From contig JBBSUV010000001.1 of the NCBI GenBank assembly GCA_038234075.1, forward strand, positions 93,925 to 157,924: a DNA stretch of 64,000 nucleotides, in the 5' to 3' direction. Both the position numbers and the translations under genes were made by a program. Source of the DNA: Flavobacteriales bacterium. GTDB lineage: Bacteria; Bacteroidota; Bacteroidia; Flavobacteriales_F; PHOS-HE28. Shown in pieces: positions 30,813 to 40,008 of this stretch. The stretch's first letter is position 1; every line of letters begins with the position of its first letter. The notes under the pieces are model-generated. The model saw only the letters and a list, made by a program, of their open reading frames with translations. It had not been told where the DNA came from and did no database searches.

Positions 30813-31652
30813 TCACAATTGTTTGACCAATCGGCCGCTCACTAGGAACCTGCCATTCACCGACAGGTTCAGGATGTAGGCCCCCGCAGGCAGTTCATGA
30901 ACATCCAGTTGCATCCCGTTTAACTCGTTCGCATTCACGACCATGCGCTTCAAGGTCCGACCCTGCAGATCGGTGATCGATATCTCAATCACCCCGGAGA
31001 GCCAACCTTCCACACCTGTCATTTGCACCGTGACCTGATCGGACGAGGGAACAGGCCGGACCAACAAGTTGATCTGTTGTTCCAAGTTCTCCGATATGCC
31101 AACAGGGATCGAATGAAAAGTGCCGCATTCGACCGCACCCTTATTGAAATAAGTCAGATCAACACTCTGCCATTGATTGGTCTGGTCGCTGTATGTGTGT
31201 GAATAGGGACCTCCGCAACCTTGAACAAACCGACTATATCCATAGTTAGGTCCCAAGTCGTCACCTGTTCCAATTTCCCAAACGGCCATACCACACATTC
31301 CGGGGTTGACGTAGAGTGTGTCGTACTGCATCTCCCACTGCCAGGCAGGCTCGTCAAGTGAGAAGTAGGTCGTCGAGATGACCTGATCTGAAAAGCCGGG
31401 GGGGAGTCCGGGGCCGCTGGGAGGGGTGTAGGTTAAGCGATGTATTCCATAATTCACCGTATCACCAGCGGGAGAATCGGTCCTTTCCAAGATGGTCGCC
31501 GTTATCGTGGTAGGAGGACCATTACTATAAGTGGTCGTAGATTGAAATACATCCCCCACCTCGAAGTCATATACCTCGCCCGTGGTAAGCCCTTGGCCCA
31601 GCGCAAACTGGGCGAAAAACAGGAACAGGATAAGGATCCAATACCGGTTCAT
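30813..31652 (-). CDS. T9SS C-terminal-sorting-domain secreted protein
   Basis: Signal peptide MNRYWILILFLFFAQFALGQG. C-terminal about 80 aa matches the Por/T9SS CTD (…AGAYILNLSVNGRFLVSGRLVKQ). Confidence 0.65.
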   Translation of the reverse strand: MNRYWILILFLFFAQFALGQGLTTGEVYDFEVGDVFQSTTTYSNGPPTTITATILERTDSPAGDTVNYGIHRLTYTPPSGPGLPPGFSDQVISTTYFSLDEPAWQWEMQYDTLYVNPGMCGMAVWEIGTGDDLGPNYGYSRFVQGCGGPYSHTYSDQTNQWQSVDLTYFNKGAVECGTFHSIPVGISENLEQQINLLVRPVPSSDQVTVQMTGVEGWLSGVIEISITDLQGRTLKRMVVNANELNGMQLDVHELPAGAYILNLSVNGRFLVSGRLVKQL

Positions 31653-31812
31653 GATGTGTAATGTACGGAATACTTCACCCACTCCATCGGGGCCCGTTCT
31701 TGCACGCTCCCCCCTTGATCCCGGCAACTGCCCAAAAACGCCGTGCCATCGGTACATTCGCAGCCCCTAAAGCAGCTTGTCCGACCTTCCGGCCCTGCCC
31801 CTCTTTGCCCCC

Positions 31813-32385
31813 ATGGAATACACCGCCCACCCCACCGCCGTTATCGACGAGGGTTGCACCATCGGTGAGGGCACCCGCATCTGGCACTTCAGCCACATCA
31901 TGCCGGGCTGCGTGATCGGCAAGGGATGCAACATCGGCCAGAATGTGGTGGTGAGCCCGGATGTGAAACTGGGCGACAACGTGAAGGTGCAGAACAACGT
32001 GAGCATTTACACCGGGGTGGAATGCGAGGACGACGTCTTCCTTGGCCCTTCCTGCGTATTCACCAACGTGATCAATCCGCGCAGTGCGGTGAACCGGCGC
32101 GGGGAATACCTGCGGACGCTGGTAAAGAAAGGCGCTACGATCGGAGCCAATGCCACCATCGTCTGCGGACATGACATCGGCCGCTTCGCCTTTATCGCGG
32201 CAGGTGCTGTGGTGACCAAGGAAGTGCCCGACCATGCTTTGGTGATGGGAAACCCGGCGCGCAGAACAGGTTGGATGAGCGAGCATGGTCACAAGTTGGC
32301 ATTTGACGCCAGTGGATCTGCCACCTGCCCCGAAAGCGGCCAGCACTACGAATTGAAGAACGATAAAGTCACCCGCACCGCATGA
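31813..32385 (+). CDS. Hexapeptide-repeat sugar N-acetyltransferase (WbpD-like)
   Basis: Left-handed beta-helix hexapeptide repeats ([18 protein letters not shown], …). Located next to WbpB/WbpA-like genes. Confidence 0.7.
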   Translation: MEYTAHPTAVIDEGCTIGEGTRIWHFSHIMPGCVIGKGCNIGQNVVVSPDVKLGDNVKVQNNVSIYTGVECEDDVFLGPSCVFTNVINPRSAVNRRGEYLRTLVKKGATIGANATIVCGHDIGRFAFIAAGAVVTKEVPDHALVMGNPARRTGWMSEHGHKLAFDASGSATCPESGQHYELKNDKVTRTA

Positions 32386-33416
32386 GATCCCCCGAAGACA
32401 AGGTGAAGTTCGCCGTGATCGGATGTGGCCACATCGGCAAGCGCCATGCGGAAATGATCTCGCGCAACCCGGAGAGCGAACTGGTGGCCCTGTGTGATGT
32501 GAAGCCCAAGGAAGCCCTGGGCATTGACATCTATGACGTGCCATTCTTCACCGACGCTGAGACGATGCTTGCTGCGGTCCCTGATGTGGACGTGGTGAGC
32601 GTCTGCACGCCGAACGGACTGCATACCCGGTTCAGCCTGATCGCTTTGGAAAATGGCAAGCACGTGGTGTGCGAGAAGCCCATGGGTCTCACCAAGGCCA
32701 GTTGCGAGGCCGTGCTCTACAAGGCCCTTCAAAAGCACCGTCATGTGTTCGGCGTGATGCAGAACCGCTACAGCCCGCCGAGCGAGTGGATCAAGGAAAT
32801 GGTGGAGCAAAAACGTCTAGGCGATATTTTCCTGGTACAGGTGAACTGCTACTGGAACCGCGACGAACGCTACTATAAGAAGGATGGCTGGAAAGGCACG
32901 GCCGACCTCGACGGAGGCACCCTGTTCACCCAGTTCAGCCACTTTATCGACATCATGTACTGGCTCTTCGGCGACATCACCGACATCCAGGGCCGCTTCG
33001 CCGACTTCAACCACAAGGACCTGACCGCCTTCGAGGACAGCGGCTTGGTGAACTTCCGCTTCTTGGATGGTGGGATCGGCTGCATCAACTATTCCACCAG
33101 CGTTTGGGACAAGAATCTGGAAAGCAGCATCACGGTGATCGGCAGCAAAGGCAGCATCAAGATCGGCGGACAGTACATGGACCAAGTGGAAGTGTGCCAT
33201 GTGCAGGACTACACCATGCCCGTGCTGGCACCGACCAATCCAGCGAACGACTACGGCGCGTACAAGGGCAGCGCCAGCAACCACCACTACATCATCGAGA
33301 ACGTGGTGGATACCTTGAAACAGAGAAAAAGCATGACCACCAATGCCTTGGAAGGCATGAAGGTGATCGACATCATTGAACGCATTTACCAGAAGAGGGA
33401 TGAGCGACCTGTATGA
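32382..33416 (+). CDS. Gfo/Idh/MocA family oxidoreductase (WbpB-like UDP-sugar 3-dehydrogenase)
   Basis: [13 protein letters not shown] Rossmann N-terminus, EKP motif. Confidence 0.75.
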   Translation: MRSPEDKVKFAVIGCGHIGKRHAEMISRNPESELVALCDVKPKEALGIDIYDVPFFTDAETMLAAVPDVDVVSVCTPNGLHTRFSLIALENGKHVVCEKPMGLTKASCEAVLYKALQKHRHVFGVMQNRYSPPSEWIKEMVEQKRLGDIFLVQVNCYWNRDERYYKKDGWKGTADLDGGTLFTQFSHFIDIMYWLFGDITDIQGRFADFNHKDLTAFEDSGLVNFRFLDGGIGCINYSTSVWDKNLESSITVIGSKGSIKIGGQYMDQVEVCHVQDYTMPVLAPTNPANDYGAYKGSASNHHYIIENVVDTLKQRKSMTTNALEGMKVIDIIERIYQKRDERPV

Positions 33417-34698
33417 GCGATTGAAGCGGAAGGAGGCCAAGATGGCCGTGATCGGATTGGGCTATGTGGGCCTTCCCATCGCCTTGGCCTTCGCACGGAA
33501 GATCAAAGTGGTGGGCTTCGACATCAATGAGAAGCGCGTGGACATGATGCGCCGCGGCGAGGACCCCAGCGATGAGCTGTTGCCAGAGGATTTCAAGGGC
33601 GCGGATATCCTCTTCACCGCCGACATTGAGGACCTGAAGGACGTGGAGTTCTTCATCGTGGCTGTGCCCACGCCGATCGACCAGCAGAACATCCCCGATC
33701 TCACTCCGCTTTTGGGCGCCACGCGCACCGTGGGCCAAGTGCTGAAGAAGGGCGACCATGTGGTGTATGAGAGCACCGTTTATCCCGGCTGCACCGAGGA
33801 GGATTGCGTGCCGCTGCTGGAGCAGCTGAGTGGATTGAAATTCGTCACCGACTTCAAGGTGGGCTATTCGCCGGAGCGGATCAATCCGGGCGACAAAGTG
33901 CATACGCTGGAGAGCATCGTGAAAGTGACAAGCGGCTGCGACGCGGAAAGCGCCGAGACCGTGGCCAAGATGTACGAGCTGGTGGTGAAGGCTGGCGTGC
34001 ATCGCGCGCCCAGCATCAAGGTGGCGGAAGCCTCCAAGATCATCGAGAACACCCAGCGCGACGTCAACATCGCGCTGACGAACGAGCTTTCCATCATTTT
34101 CAACCGCATCGGCATCAACACGTTCGACGTGCTGGAGGCCGCTGGCACCAAGTGGAATTTCCTCAAGTTCCAGCCCGGTCTGGTGGGAGGCCACTGCATC
34201 GGCGTGGACCCTTACTACCTCGTTTTCAAAGCCAAGGAACTAGGCTACCACGCGCAGATCATCGACAGTGGCCGCTTCGTGAACGACAGCATGGGCGGCT
34301 ACGTGGCCAAGCAGACGGTGAAAAAGGTGATCGCCTCCGGAACCAACCCCGCCGATGCGCGCGTGCTGGTGATGGGCGCCACCTTCAAGGAGAACGTCAC
34401 CGACATCCGCAACAGCAAGGTGGCCGACGTGGTGAAGGAGCTCAAGAGCTTCAGCTGCCAAGTGGACGTTGCTGATCCGCATGCCGACTCCGATCATGTA
34501 AAACACGAGTACGGCTATGCACTGACGGCGGAGATGAAAGGCCCGTACGACGCGATCATTGTTGCCGTGAACCATGCGGAATATGCCGACAAGGACGAAG
34601 CCTGGTTCAAGAGCATGTTAAAACCGAAAGGCGTGCTGGTGGATCTGAAGGGAACCTATCGCAAAAAGGTGAAGGACCTGAATTACTGGAGCTTGTGA
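33400..34698 (+). CDS. Nucleotide-sugar dehydrogenase (UDP-N-acetyl-D-glucosamine/mannosamine 6-dehydrogenase, WbpA/WecC-like)
   Basis: MAVIGLGYVGLP motif, UDPG/MGDP dehydrogenase family. The start was chosen at MSDLYE… and M23 (33442) is also possible. Confidence 0.8.
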   Translation: MSDLYERLKRKEAKMAVIGLGYVGLPIALAFARKIKVVGFDINEKRVDMMRRGEDPSDELLPEDFKGADILFTADIEDLKDVEFFIVAVPTPIDQQNIPDLTPLLGATRTVGQVLKKGDHVVYESTVYPGCTEEDCVPLLEQLSGLKFVTDFKVGYSPERINPGDKVHTLESIVKVTSGCDAESAETVAKMYELVVKAGVHRAPSIKVAEASKIIENTQRDVNIALTNELSIIFNRIGINTFDVLEAAGTKWNFLKFQPGLVGGHCIGVDPYYLVFKAKELGYHAQIIDSGRFVNDSMGGYVAKQTVKKVIASGTNPADARVLVMGATFKENVTDIRNSKVADVVKELKSFSCQVDVADPHADSDHVKHEYGYALTAEMKGPYDAIIVAVNHAEYADKDEAWFKSMLKPKGVLVDLKGTYRKKVKDLNYWSL

Positions 34699-34737
34699 GT
34701 AGTTTCACAACAGAGGCAGAGGGAGCACAGAGGCGGA

Positions 34738-34835
34738 GTTGTCAGTTGTTCGTTGTCGGTTGTCAGGCTGCCGATGGCCGCAGTGGCAGTGCGTAGTCGC
34801 CTAATCACTAATCACCAACTACCTATCACCAAGAA
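34738..34835. repeat. Intergenic GTTGTC-triplet and ATCAC/CTATCACC repeat block
   Basis: gttgtcagttgttcgttgtcggttgtcagg followed by tagtcgcctaatcactaatcaccaactacctatcacc. Shares 11-mer agtcgcctat/a with 15042-15055 and the GTTGTC motif with 14455-14497. Confidence 0.45.
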
Positions 34836-34878
34836 AGCCTTCGTACCCTTCGTGCCTCTGTGGTGAACCAACGATAAC

Positions 34879-35934
34879 ATGAAACGCAACCTTCTCATCA
34901 CCGGCGGCGCCGGCTTCATCGGCAGCCATGTTGTGCGGCTCTTCGTGAATAAGTACCCGCAATACCGCATCGTGAACCTCGACGCGCTCACCTACGCGGG
35001 GAACATGGAGAACCTGAAGGACGTGGATGGTGCGGCGAACTACGTCTTCGTGAAGGCGGACATCCGCGACGCCGACGCCATGGACAAGGTCTTCGCGGAG
35101 CATGCCATCGATAGCGTGATCCATCTCGCTGCGGAAAGCCACGTGGACCGCAGCATCAGCGATCCCATGGCCTTCGTCAACACGAACGTCATCGGCACGG
35201 CCAACCTGCTGAACGCGGCCAAGGCCTATTGGAAAGCGGACTTCGCAGGAAAGCGCTTCTACCATGTGAGCACCGATGAGGTCTACGGCTCGCTGCATGA
35301 TGGTGGCTTCTTCACGGAGGAAACACATTACGATCCGCAAAGCCCATACAGCGCCAGCAAGGCGGCGAGCGACCACTTCGTCCGCGCGTACGACAATACC
35401 TACAAACTGCCCTTCGTGATCAGCAACTGCAGCAACAACTACGGCAGCCACCAGTTCCCCGAGAAGTTGATCCCCTTGATGATCCATAACCTCCGCGAAG
35501 GCAAGCCGCTGCCCGTGTACGGCAAGGGCGAAAATGTGCGGGACTGGCTTTGGGTGGAGGACCATGCTCATGCGATCGATGAGGTGTTCCACAAAGGCAA
35601 GGATGGCGAGACCTATAACATCGGCGGGCACAACGAGTGGAAGAACATTGACCTCGTGAAAGTGTTGTGCTCCATAATGGACAAGAAGCTGGGCCGCAAC
35701 GCGGGCGATAGCGCGAAGCAGATCACCTACGTCACCGACCGCGCGGGGCACGACCTGCGCTACGCCATCGATGCCGGCAAGATCGAGCGGGAGTTGGGCT
35801 GGAGGCCGAGCATCACTTTCGAGCAGGGCTTGGAGCAGACCGTGGATTGGTATCTTGCCAATGACCAGTGGCTCCAGGATGTGACTTCCGGAGCTTACCG
35901 GGATTATTACGACGAACAGTACGCCAAGCGTTGA
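34879..35934 (+). CDS. rfbB: dTDP-glucose 4,6-dehydratase
   Basis: ITGGAGFIGS motif, YSASK catalytic motif, RmlB family. Confidence 0.9.
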   Translation: MKRNLLITGGAGFIGSHVVRLFVNKYPQYRIVNLDALTYAGNMENLKDVDGAANYVFVKADIRDADAMDKVFAEHAIDSVIHLAAESHVDRSISDPMAFVNTNVIGTANLLNAAKAYWKADFAGKRFYHVSTDEVYGSLHDGGFFTEETHYDPQSPYSASKAASDHFVRAYDNTYKLPFVISNCSNNYGSHQFPEKLIPLMIHNLREGKPLPVYGKGENVRDWLWVEDHAHAIDEVFHKGKDGETYNIGGHNEWKNIDLVKVLCSIMDKKLGRNAGDSAKQITYVTDRAGHDLRYAIDAGKIERELGWRPSITFEQGLEQTVDWYLANDQWLQDVTSGAYRDYYDEQYAKR

Positions 35935-36683
35935 TGAGCATCTTGGGAAACCTCTTCGGAAAAGGGCGGCAGGCCATGCCTCCCGTTGACCTTGGGGTGC
36001 TCAAGTGCGATGTGCATTCGCACTTCATCCCGGGTATCGACGATGGCGCACCTACCGTCGAGGCCAGCTTGGAACTGCTCCGGGCCATGCACGACCTCGG
36101 CTACCAGAAGGTGGTCACTACGCCACACAGCATGGCCGACGGTTATAAGAACCCGCCGGAGGTGATCCTGGGAGGCTTGGAGAAAGTGCGGCGTGCGATC
36201 AAGGAGGAAGGTCTGGCGATCGAGATCGACGCAGCTGCGGAATACTACCTGGACCACGACTTCTTGGAAAAGACCAAGACGCAGAAGCTGCTCACCTTCG
36301 GTATCGACATGGTGCTCTTCGAACTGCCTTTCATCAGTGAGCCTTCCATGCTATTAAGCGCCGTGTTCGAGCTGCAGACGCAAGGCTACCGCGCGGTGTT
36401 GGCCCATCCGGAGCGCTACCAGTACTGGTACACCGACATGAGCATGATGGAAAAGCTGAAGGACCGCGGCGTGCTCTTCCAGCTGAACATGATCGCACTC
36501 GCCGGTGCTTACGGGCCCGCCACGAAGAAGGCGGCGGAGAAGATCGTCGACCTGGGCTGGTACGACCTCGTGGGAAGCGATTGCCACAGCATGAAGCACA
36601 TCGAGGCGATCCACGCGGCTCGTACCGAACCCTATCTGCACAAGCTCATCGACAGCGGGAAGCTGCTGAACGCGACGTTGTAG
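35934..36683 (+). CDS. Capsular polysaccharide biosynthesis protein-tyrosine phosphatase, PHP family (CpsB/YwqE-like)
   Basis: CDVHSHFIPGIDDGA PHP-domain metal-binding motif. Confidence 0.75.
   Translation: MSILGNLFGKGRQAMPPVDLGVLKCDVHSHFIPGIDDGAPTVEASLELLRAMHDLGYQKVVTTPHSMADGYKNPPEVILGGLEKVRRAIKEEGLAIEIDAAAEYYLDHDFLEKTKTQKLLTFGIDMVLFELPFISEPSMLLSAVFELQTQGYRAVLAHPERYQYWYTDMSMMEKLKDRGVLFQLNMIALAGAYGPATKKAAEKIVDLGWYDLVGSDCHSMKHIEAIHAARTEPYLHKLIDSGKLLNATL
36597..36683. repeat. 87-bp direct repeat, copy A (3' end of cpsB)
   Basis: About 90% identical to 38017-38103. Confidence 0.8.
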
Positions 36684-36689
36684 GCGGGT

Positions 36690-37853
36690 CTAATCCAGTG
36701 CATTTTCCAAGAGTTTCCAGACCGAAGCCAACGAACACACTTGAATGCCGTGCCCGAATGAGTGGTCGCGTGCATTTGGTGTGATCACCAATCGCACTGG
36801 TGCATTAACCGCTTCAAAGGCCAAGCGGTTTCCGGTGGTCAGTTCCGGCGCATTGCTCGTCTTGATCTCGATGGCCACCTTGGCCTTGGTACCTTGAGTG
36901 ATCACCAGATCCAGTTCAGAGCCGTCCTGTGTACGGAAGAATGAAAGTTCCGCGCGGCGGTCCAGCCAGGCCCGTACCTGTTGCACCACGAAGCCTTCCC
37001 ACGAATGGCCGCGGATGGGAACCGCAAAGAGCGCATCGTGAGAACGGACCGATGCCAGTGCATGCAATACGCCGCTGTCCGTGATGTAGATCTTCGGGGC
37101 CCGTGTCAGCCGCTTGCGCACATGCACGTGGTGACTGGGCAAGGTGAATGTCATGTAGGCCTGCTCGAAAAACCGCAGATAGGTCTTGATGGTAGGCCCG
37201 CTAAGACCCATCGATTTACCCAGCATGGCCATATTCAGCACATTTCCGTGTACAGCGCTGAGCATCCGGAGCAACTGGGTGGTGCTTGCCGGGTCTGCGC
37301 CAAGTCCCAACGCGGGCAGGTCCCGTTCCGTGAAGGAGCGCAGGATGTCCCCGACCACTTGGAACGCATCCGCATCTGTTCCCGCAAGGAACGCGTCCGG
37401 ATAACCTCCCCGGAGCCATAGCTTATCCACTTGCTTGGCCCCGACTTCTTGCAGCGAGAATGGGAACAGGTCCAAGTAAGTGATCCTTCCAGCCAAGGAT
37501 TCCGAGGCTGCTTGCACAATGGCCGGCGAACTCGATCCCAGCAGAAGGAAGCGACCCGGCCTGCGGTCCCGGTCGATCAAGGTGCGTAGCAAGGGGAAGA
37601 GTTCCGGCATGCGCTGCACCTCATCGATCACTACCAGTTCATGTGCATGGGCCAAGAGGAACGGCTTGGGGTCAGCAAGAACAGCGACGTCATCGGGGTC
37701 CTGAAGGTCCAAGCGCACGTATGGAAGTCCAAGCTCCTTGACCAACTGTACGGACAAGGTGGTCTTGCCCACCTGCCGGGCACCGAGTATGGCCACAGCG
37801 GGGCGTTTCCGCAAGCGGTCCAAGGCAAAAGAGGCCAAACTGCGTTTGATCAT
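36690..37853 (-). CDS. AAA+ ATPase with C-terminal DUF4143 domain
   Basis: Walker A GARQVGKTT and Walker B VVIDEVQ, typical ATP-binding protein/DUF4143 architecture. Confidence 0.8.
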   Translation of the reverse strand: MIKRSLASFALDRLRKRPAVAILGARQVGKTTLSVQLVKELGLPYVRLDLQDPDDVAVLADPKPFLLAHAHELVVIDEVQRMPELFPLLRTLIDRDRRPGRFLLLGSSSPAIVQAASESLAGRITYLDLFPFSLQEVGAKQVDKLWLRGGYPDAFLAGTDADAFQVVGDILRSFTERDLPALGLGADPASTTQLLRMLSAVHGNVLNMAMLGKSMGLSGPTIKTYLRFFEQAYMTFTLPSHHVHVRKRLTRAPKIYITDSGVLHALASVRSHDALFAVPIRGHSWEGFVVQQVRAWLDRRAELSFFRTQDGSELDLVITQGTKAKVAIEIKTSNAPELTTGNRLAFEAVNAPVRLVITPNARDHSFGHGIQVCSLASVWKLLENALD

Positions 37854-37865
37854 GCGTGCCGAATA

Positions 37866-37902
37866 CCCTGCAAATGTAAAATTTCATTTTAGAATTGCAG
37901 GG
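37866..37902. repeat. Palindromic hairpin ccctgcaa-N21-ttgcaggg upstream of the ATPase start
   Basis: 8-bp perfect outer stem plus an inner taaaat/atttta stem. Followed on the + strand by tacggcttttgtg. Confidence 0.4.
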
Positions 37903-38016
37903 TACGGCTTTTGTGCGCCTTGGGTTTTGCGGGGCCAAAGACGATGTCCACTGTTAGAAAGCCACAACAGATCGAAACGCAGGGTCCCGAGACGGAGACC
38001 CGGCGCGAGGGAATAG

Positions 38017-38103
38017 CACATCGAGGCGATCCACGCCGCAAGTACCGAACCCTACCTGCACAAGCTGATCGAAAGCGGGAAGTTGCTGAACGCAACGTTG
38101 TAG
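38017..38103. repeat. 87-bp direct repeat, copy B (in-frame remnant of a cpsB-like 3' end)
   Basis: Translates to HIEAIHAASTEPYLHKLIESGKLLNATL*. Differences from copy A are mostly synonymous. A TAG immediately precedes it. Confidence 0.8.
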
Positions 38104-38142
38104 ACATCACGTAAGGCCCGAGAGCCTGATAATGCAGCTGGA

Positions 38143-38176
38143 ATAAAGAAGGGCCGCCCGAAGGCAGTCCCCCGCT
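38143..38176 (-). terminator. Rho-independent terminator downstream of lipoprotein gene
   Basis: Minus-strand hairpin gggactgcc-ttcg-ggcggccc followed by ttctttatt. Confidence 0.45.
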
Positions 38177-38194
38177 CATTCGCATTTACAGGAG

Positions 38195-38650
38195 CTACTT
38201 ATCATCCAACTTGAAGTAGGCCTTCACCTTATCATAATTGGTGACGTCGAGATCGGTCGGGATCATTCCTGAACTCGAAATGGCAACCACCTCGAATGTC
38301 GTCGATGGGGTGCTTGTGCCCGTATGAAGAATTGAAACTGTACCTGAATAATATATATATCGATGATCAACTCCATTAGCGGTGTAGGGCATGGCGAAAG
38401 TCAGTGAACCTGACTTTTCATAGACCAATACGGCACCTGTAGCGATAATGTCATCCGTAATGAAAGGGACCTGGATATCGACATTAGACCAACCCAGAAA
38501 ATAATACCAATCGCTGGCGTTCACAGTGAAGGTCTGGGAATGGACATTCGCGTTCCCTTGGGGTCCACGGGGTCCTTCAACAGCATCTTTTTTGCATCCG
38601 ATCAAGAAAGATACAATGATGGCAACTGCGAGGAGTGTGTTCGTCTTCAT
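38195..38650 (-). CDS. Hypothetical lipoprotein (low-GC islet)
   Basis: Signal peptide plus lipobox (FLIGC). GC clearly lower than the surrounding DNA by inspection. Confidence 0.55.
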   Translation of the reverse strand: MKTNTLLAVAIIVSFLIGCKKDAVEGPRGPQGNANVHSQTFTVNASDWYYFLGWSNVDIQVPFITDDIIATGAVLVYEKSGSLTFAMPYTANGVDHRYIYYSGTVSILHTGTSTPSTTFEVVAISSSGMIPTDLDVTNYDKVKAYFKLDDK

Positions 38651-38930
38651 TCTTGTTCAGGTTCTGGAACCAAATCTAGGATACATCGCCCCAACGCGAG
38701 CGGTCCACATCACAGGTGGCGAAATGCGCATCACCATGCACGTGAACAGCACTCCGATCCAGAGACCGATGGGCAAAAAATGGATCCGCATGTTCCGTGA
38801 TGGTTCCATTGCAAACAGGAACACGGCGATGATCGGCGCCCGGATCGCAAAGGGAAAATGCCCTCGCCGATCAGATCAAGCTTTTTCCTCCATCCATTAG
38901 GCACCTACCGTGGATGGAAAAAAGGAGCTT

Positions 38931-39806
38931 TCACGCCGCGCTCGTTGCCACTTCCTTGTCCACCTTCTTGAACAAGCCTTGGAGCACATTGCCGGGGCCG
39001 CATTCCACGATGTTGTCGGCACCATCGGCAAGCATGTTGCGCATGATCTGTGTCCAACGCACCGGGGCGGTGAGTTGAGCGATGAGGTTGGCTTTGATGC
39101 GGGCGGGATCCTTACGGCCCGTGGCATCCACGTTCTGGTAGATGGGGCAGCGCGGGTCCACGATGGGCGTAAAGGCAATGGCCGTGGCCAATTCGGCGCG
39201 GGCGGGCTCCATCAGTGGGCTATGGAAAGCACCACCCACAGGCAGCAATAAGGCGCGTTTCGCACCGGCGGCCTTCAGCGCTTCACAAGCGGCATTCACC
39301 GCTTCCAGCGTACCACTGATCACCAACTGGCCGGGGCAGTTGTAGTTGGCAGGCACCACGATACCGGGAATGGACCTGCAGATCTCCTCCACCTTTTCAT
39401 CCTCCATGCCGAGGATGGCAGCCATGGTGCCGGGCTGTGCCTCACACGCTTTCTGCATGGCATTGGCACGTGCGGCCACCAGCTTCAGTCCATCGCTGAA
39501 CTCCATCGCTCCGGCGGCCACCAAGGCGCTGAACTCACCAAGAGAGTGCCCCGCGACCATGTCCGGCTTGAAGGCATCGCCCATGGTCTTCGCCTTGATC
39601 ACACTATGGATGAAGATCGCCGGCTGTGTAACGTTGGTCCGCTTCAGGTCCTCATCGCTGCCGGAGAACATCACATCGGTGATGTTGAAACCGAGGATGT
39701 TGTTGGCATGCTCGAAAAACACACGGGCGTTGGCATCGGACTCATAGAGTTCCTTGCCCATACCGGGAAACTGGCTGCCTTGGCCGGGGAAGACGTATGC
39801 TTTCAT
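38931..39806 (-). CDS. fabD: Malonyl CoA-acyl carrier protein transacylase
   Basis: GHSLGEFSAL active-site motif, FPGQGSQ N-terminus. Start at MKAYVFPGQGSQ. Confidence 0.9.
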   Translation of the reverse strand: MKAYVFPGQGSQFPGMGKELYESDANARVFFEHANNILGFNITDVMFSGSDEDLKRTNVTQPAIFIHSVIKAKTMGDAFKPDMVAGHSLGEFSALVAAGAMEFSDGLKLVAARANAMQKACEAQPGTMAAILGMEDEKVEEICRSIPGIVVPANYNCPGQLVISGTLEAVNAACEALKAAGAKRALLLPVGGAFHSPLMEPARAELATAIAFTPIVDPRCPIYQNVDATGRKDPARIKANLIAQLTAPVRWTQIMRNMLADGADNIVECGPGNVLQGLFKKVDKEVATSAA

Positions 39807-39823
39807 TCCGCAGAATATGGTTT

Positions 39824-39831
39824 CAAAGATA
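39824..39831 (-). promoter_or_regulatory. Candidate Bacteroidota -7 promoter element TAtcTTTG upstream of fabD
   Basis: Minus-strand tatctttg lies about 20 nt upstream of the fabD ATG and is preceded by a 9-bp-stem hairpin (gggtccgcc/ggcggaccc at 39832-39852). Confidence 0.35.
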
Positions 39832-40008
39832 GGGTCCGCCTGTGGCGGACCCATCATGACGTTTTAACCACAGACCGTGCTTCGCCGAAGCGGCTTCGCC
39901 TAGGCGCAGTGATGCAGATGGCGCAGATAAATTCAAAGACGGTGACCCTTCACTTATGCACGCTTCAGATCTGCCTTGTCCAGTCCTTTCCGCGTCATCT
40001 GCGTTCCG

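Noticed and set aside
36690-38650. AAA-ATPase (DUF4143) plus lipoprotein as a candidate defence system.
   Set aside because: Only a single ATPase with no nuclease, methyltransferase or other defence-associated partner is present, and the lipoprotein is on a separate transcript with its own terminator. They are reported only as part of the recombination-scar finding.
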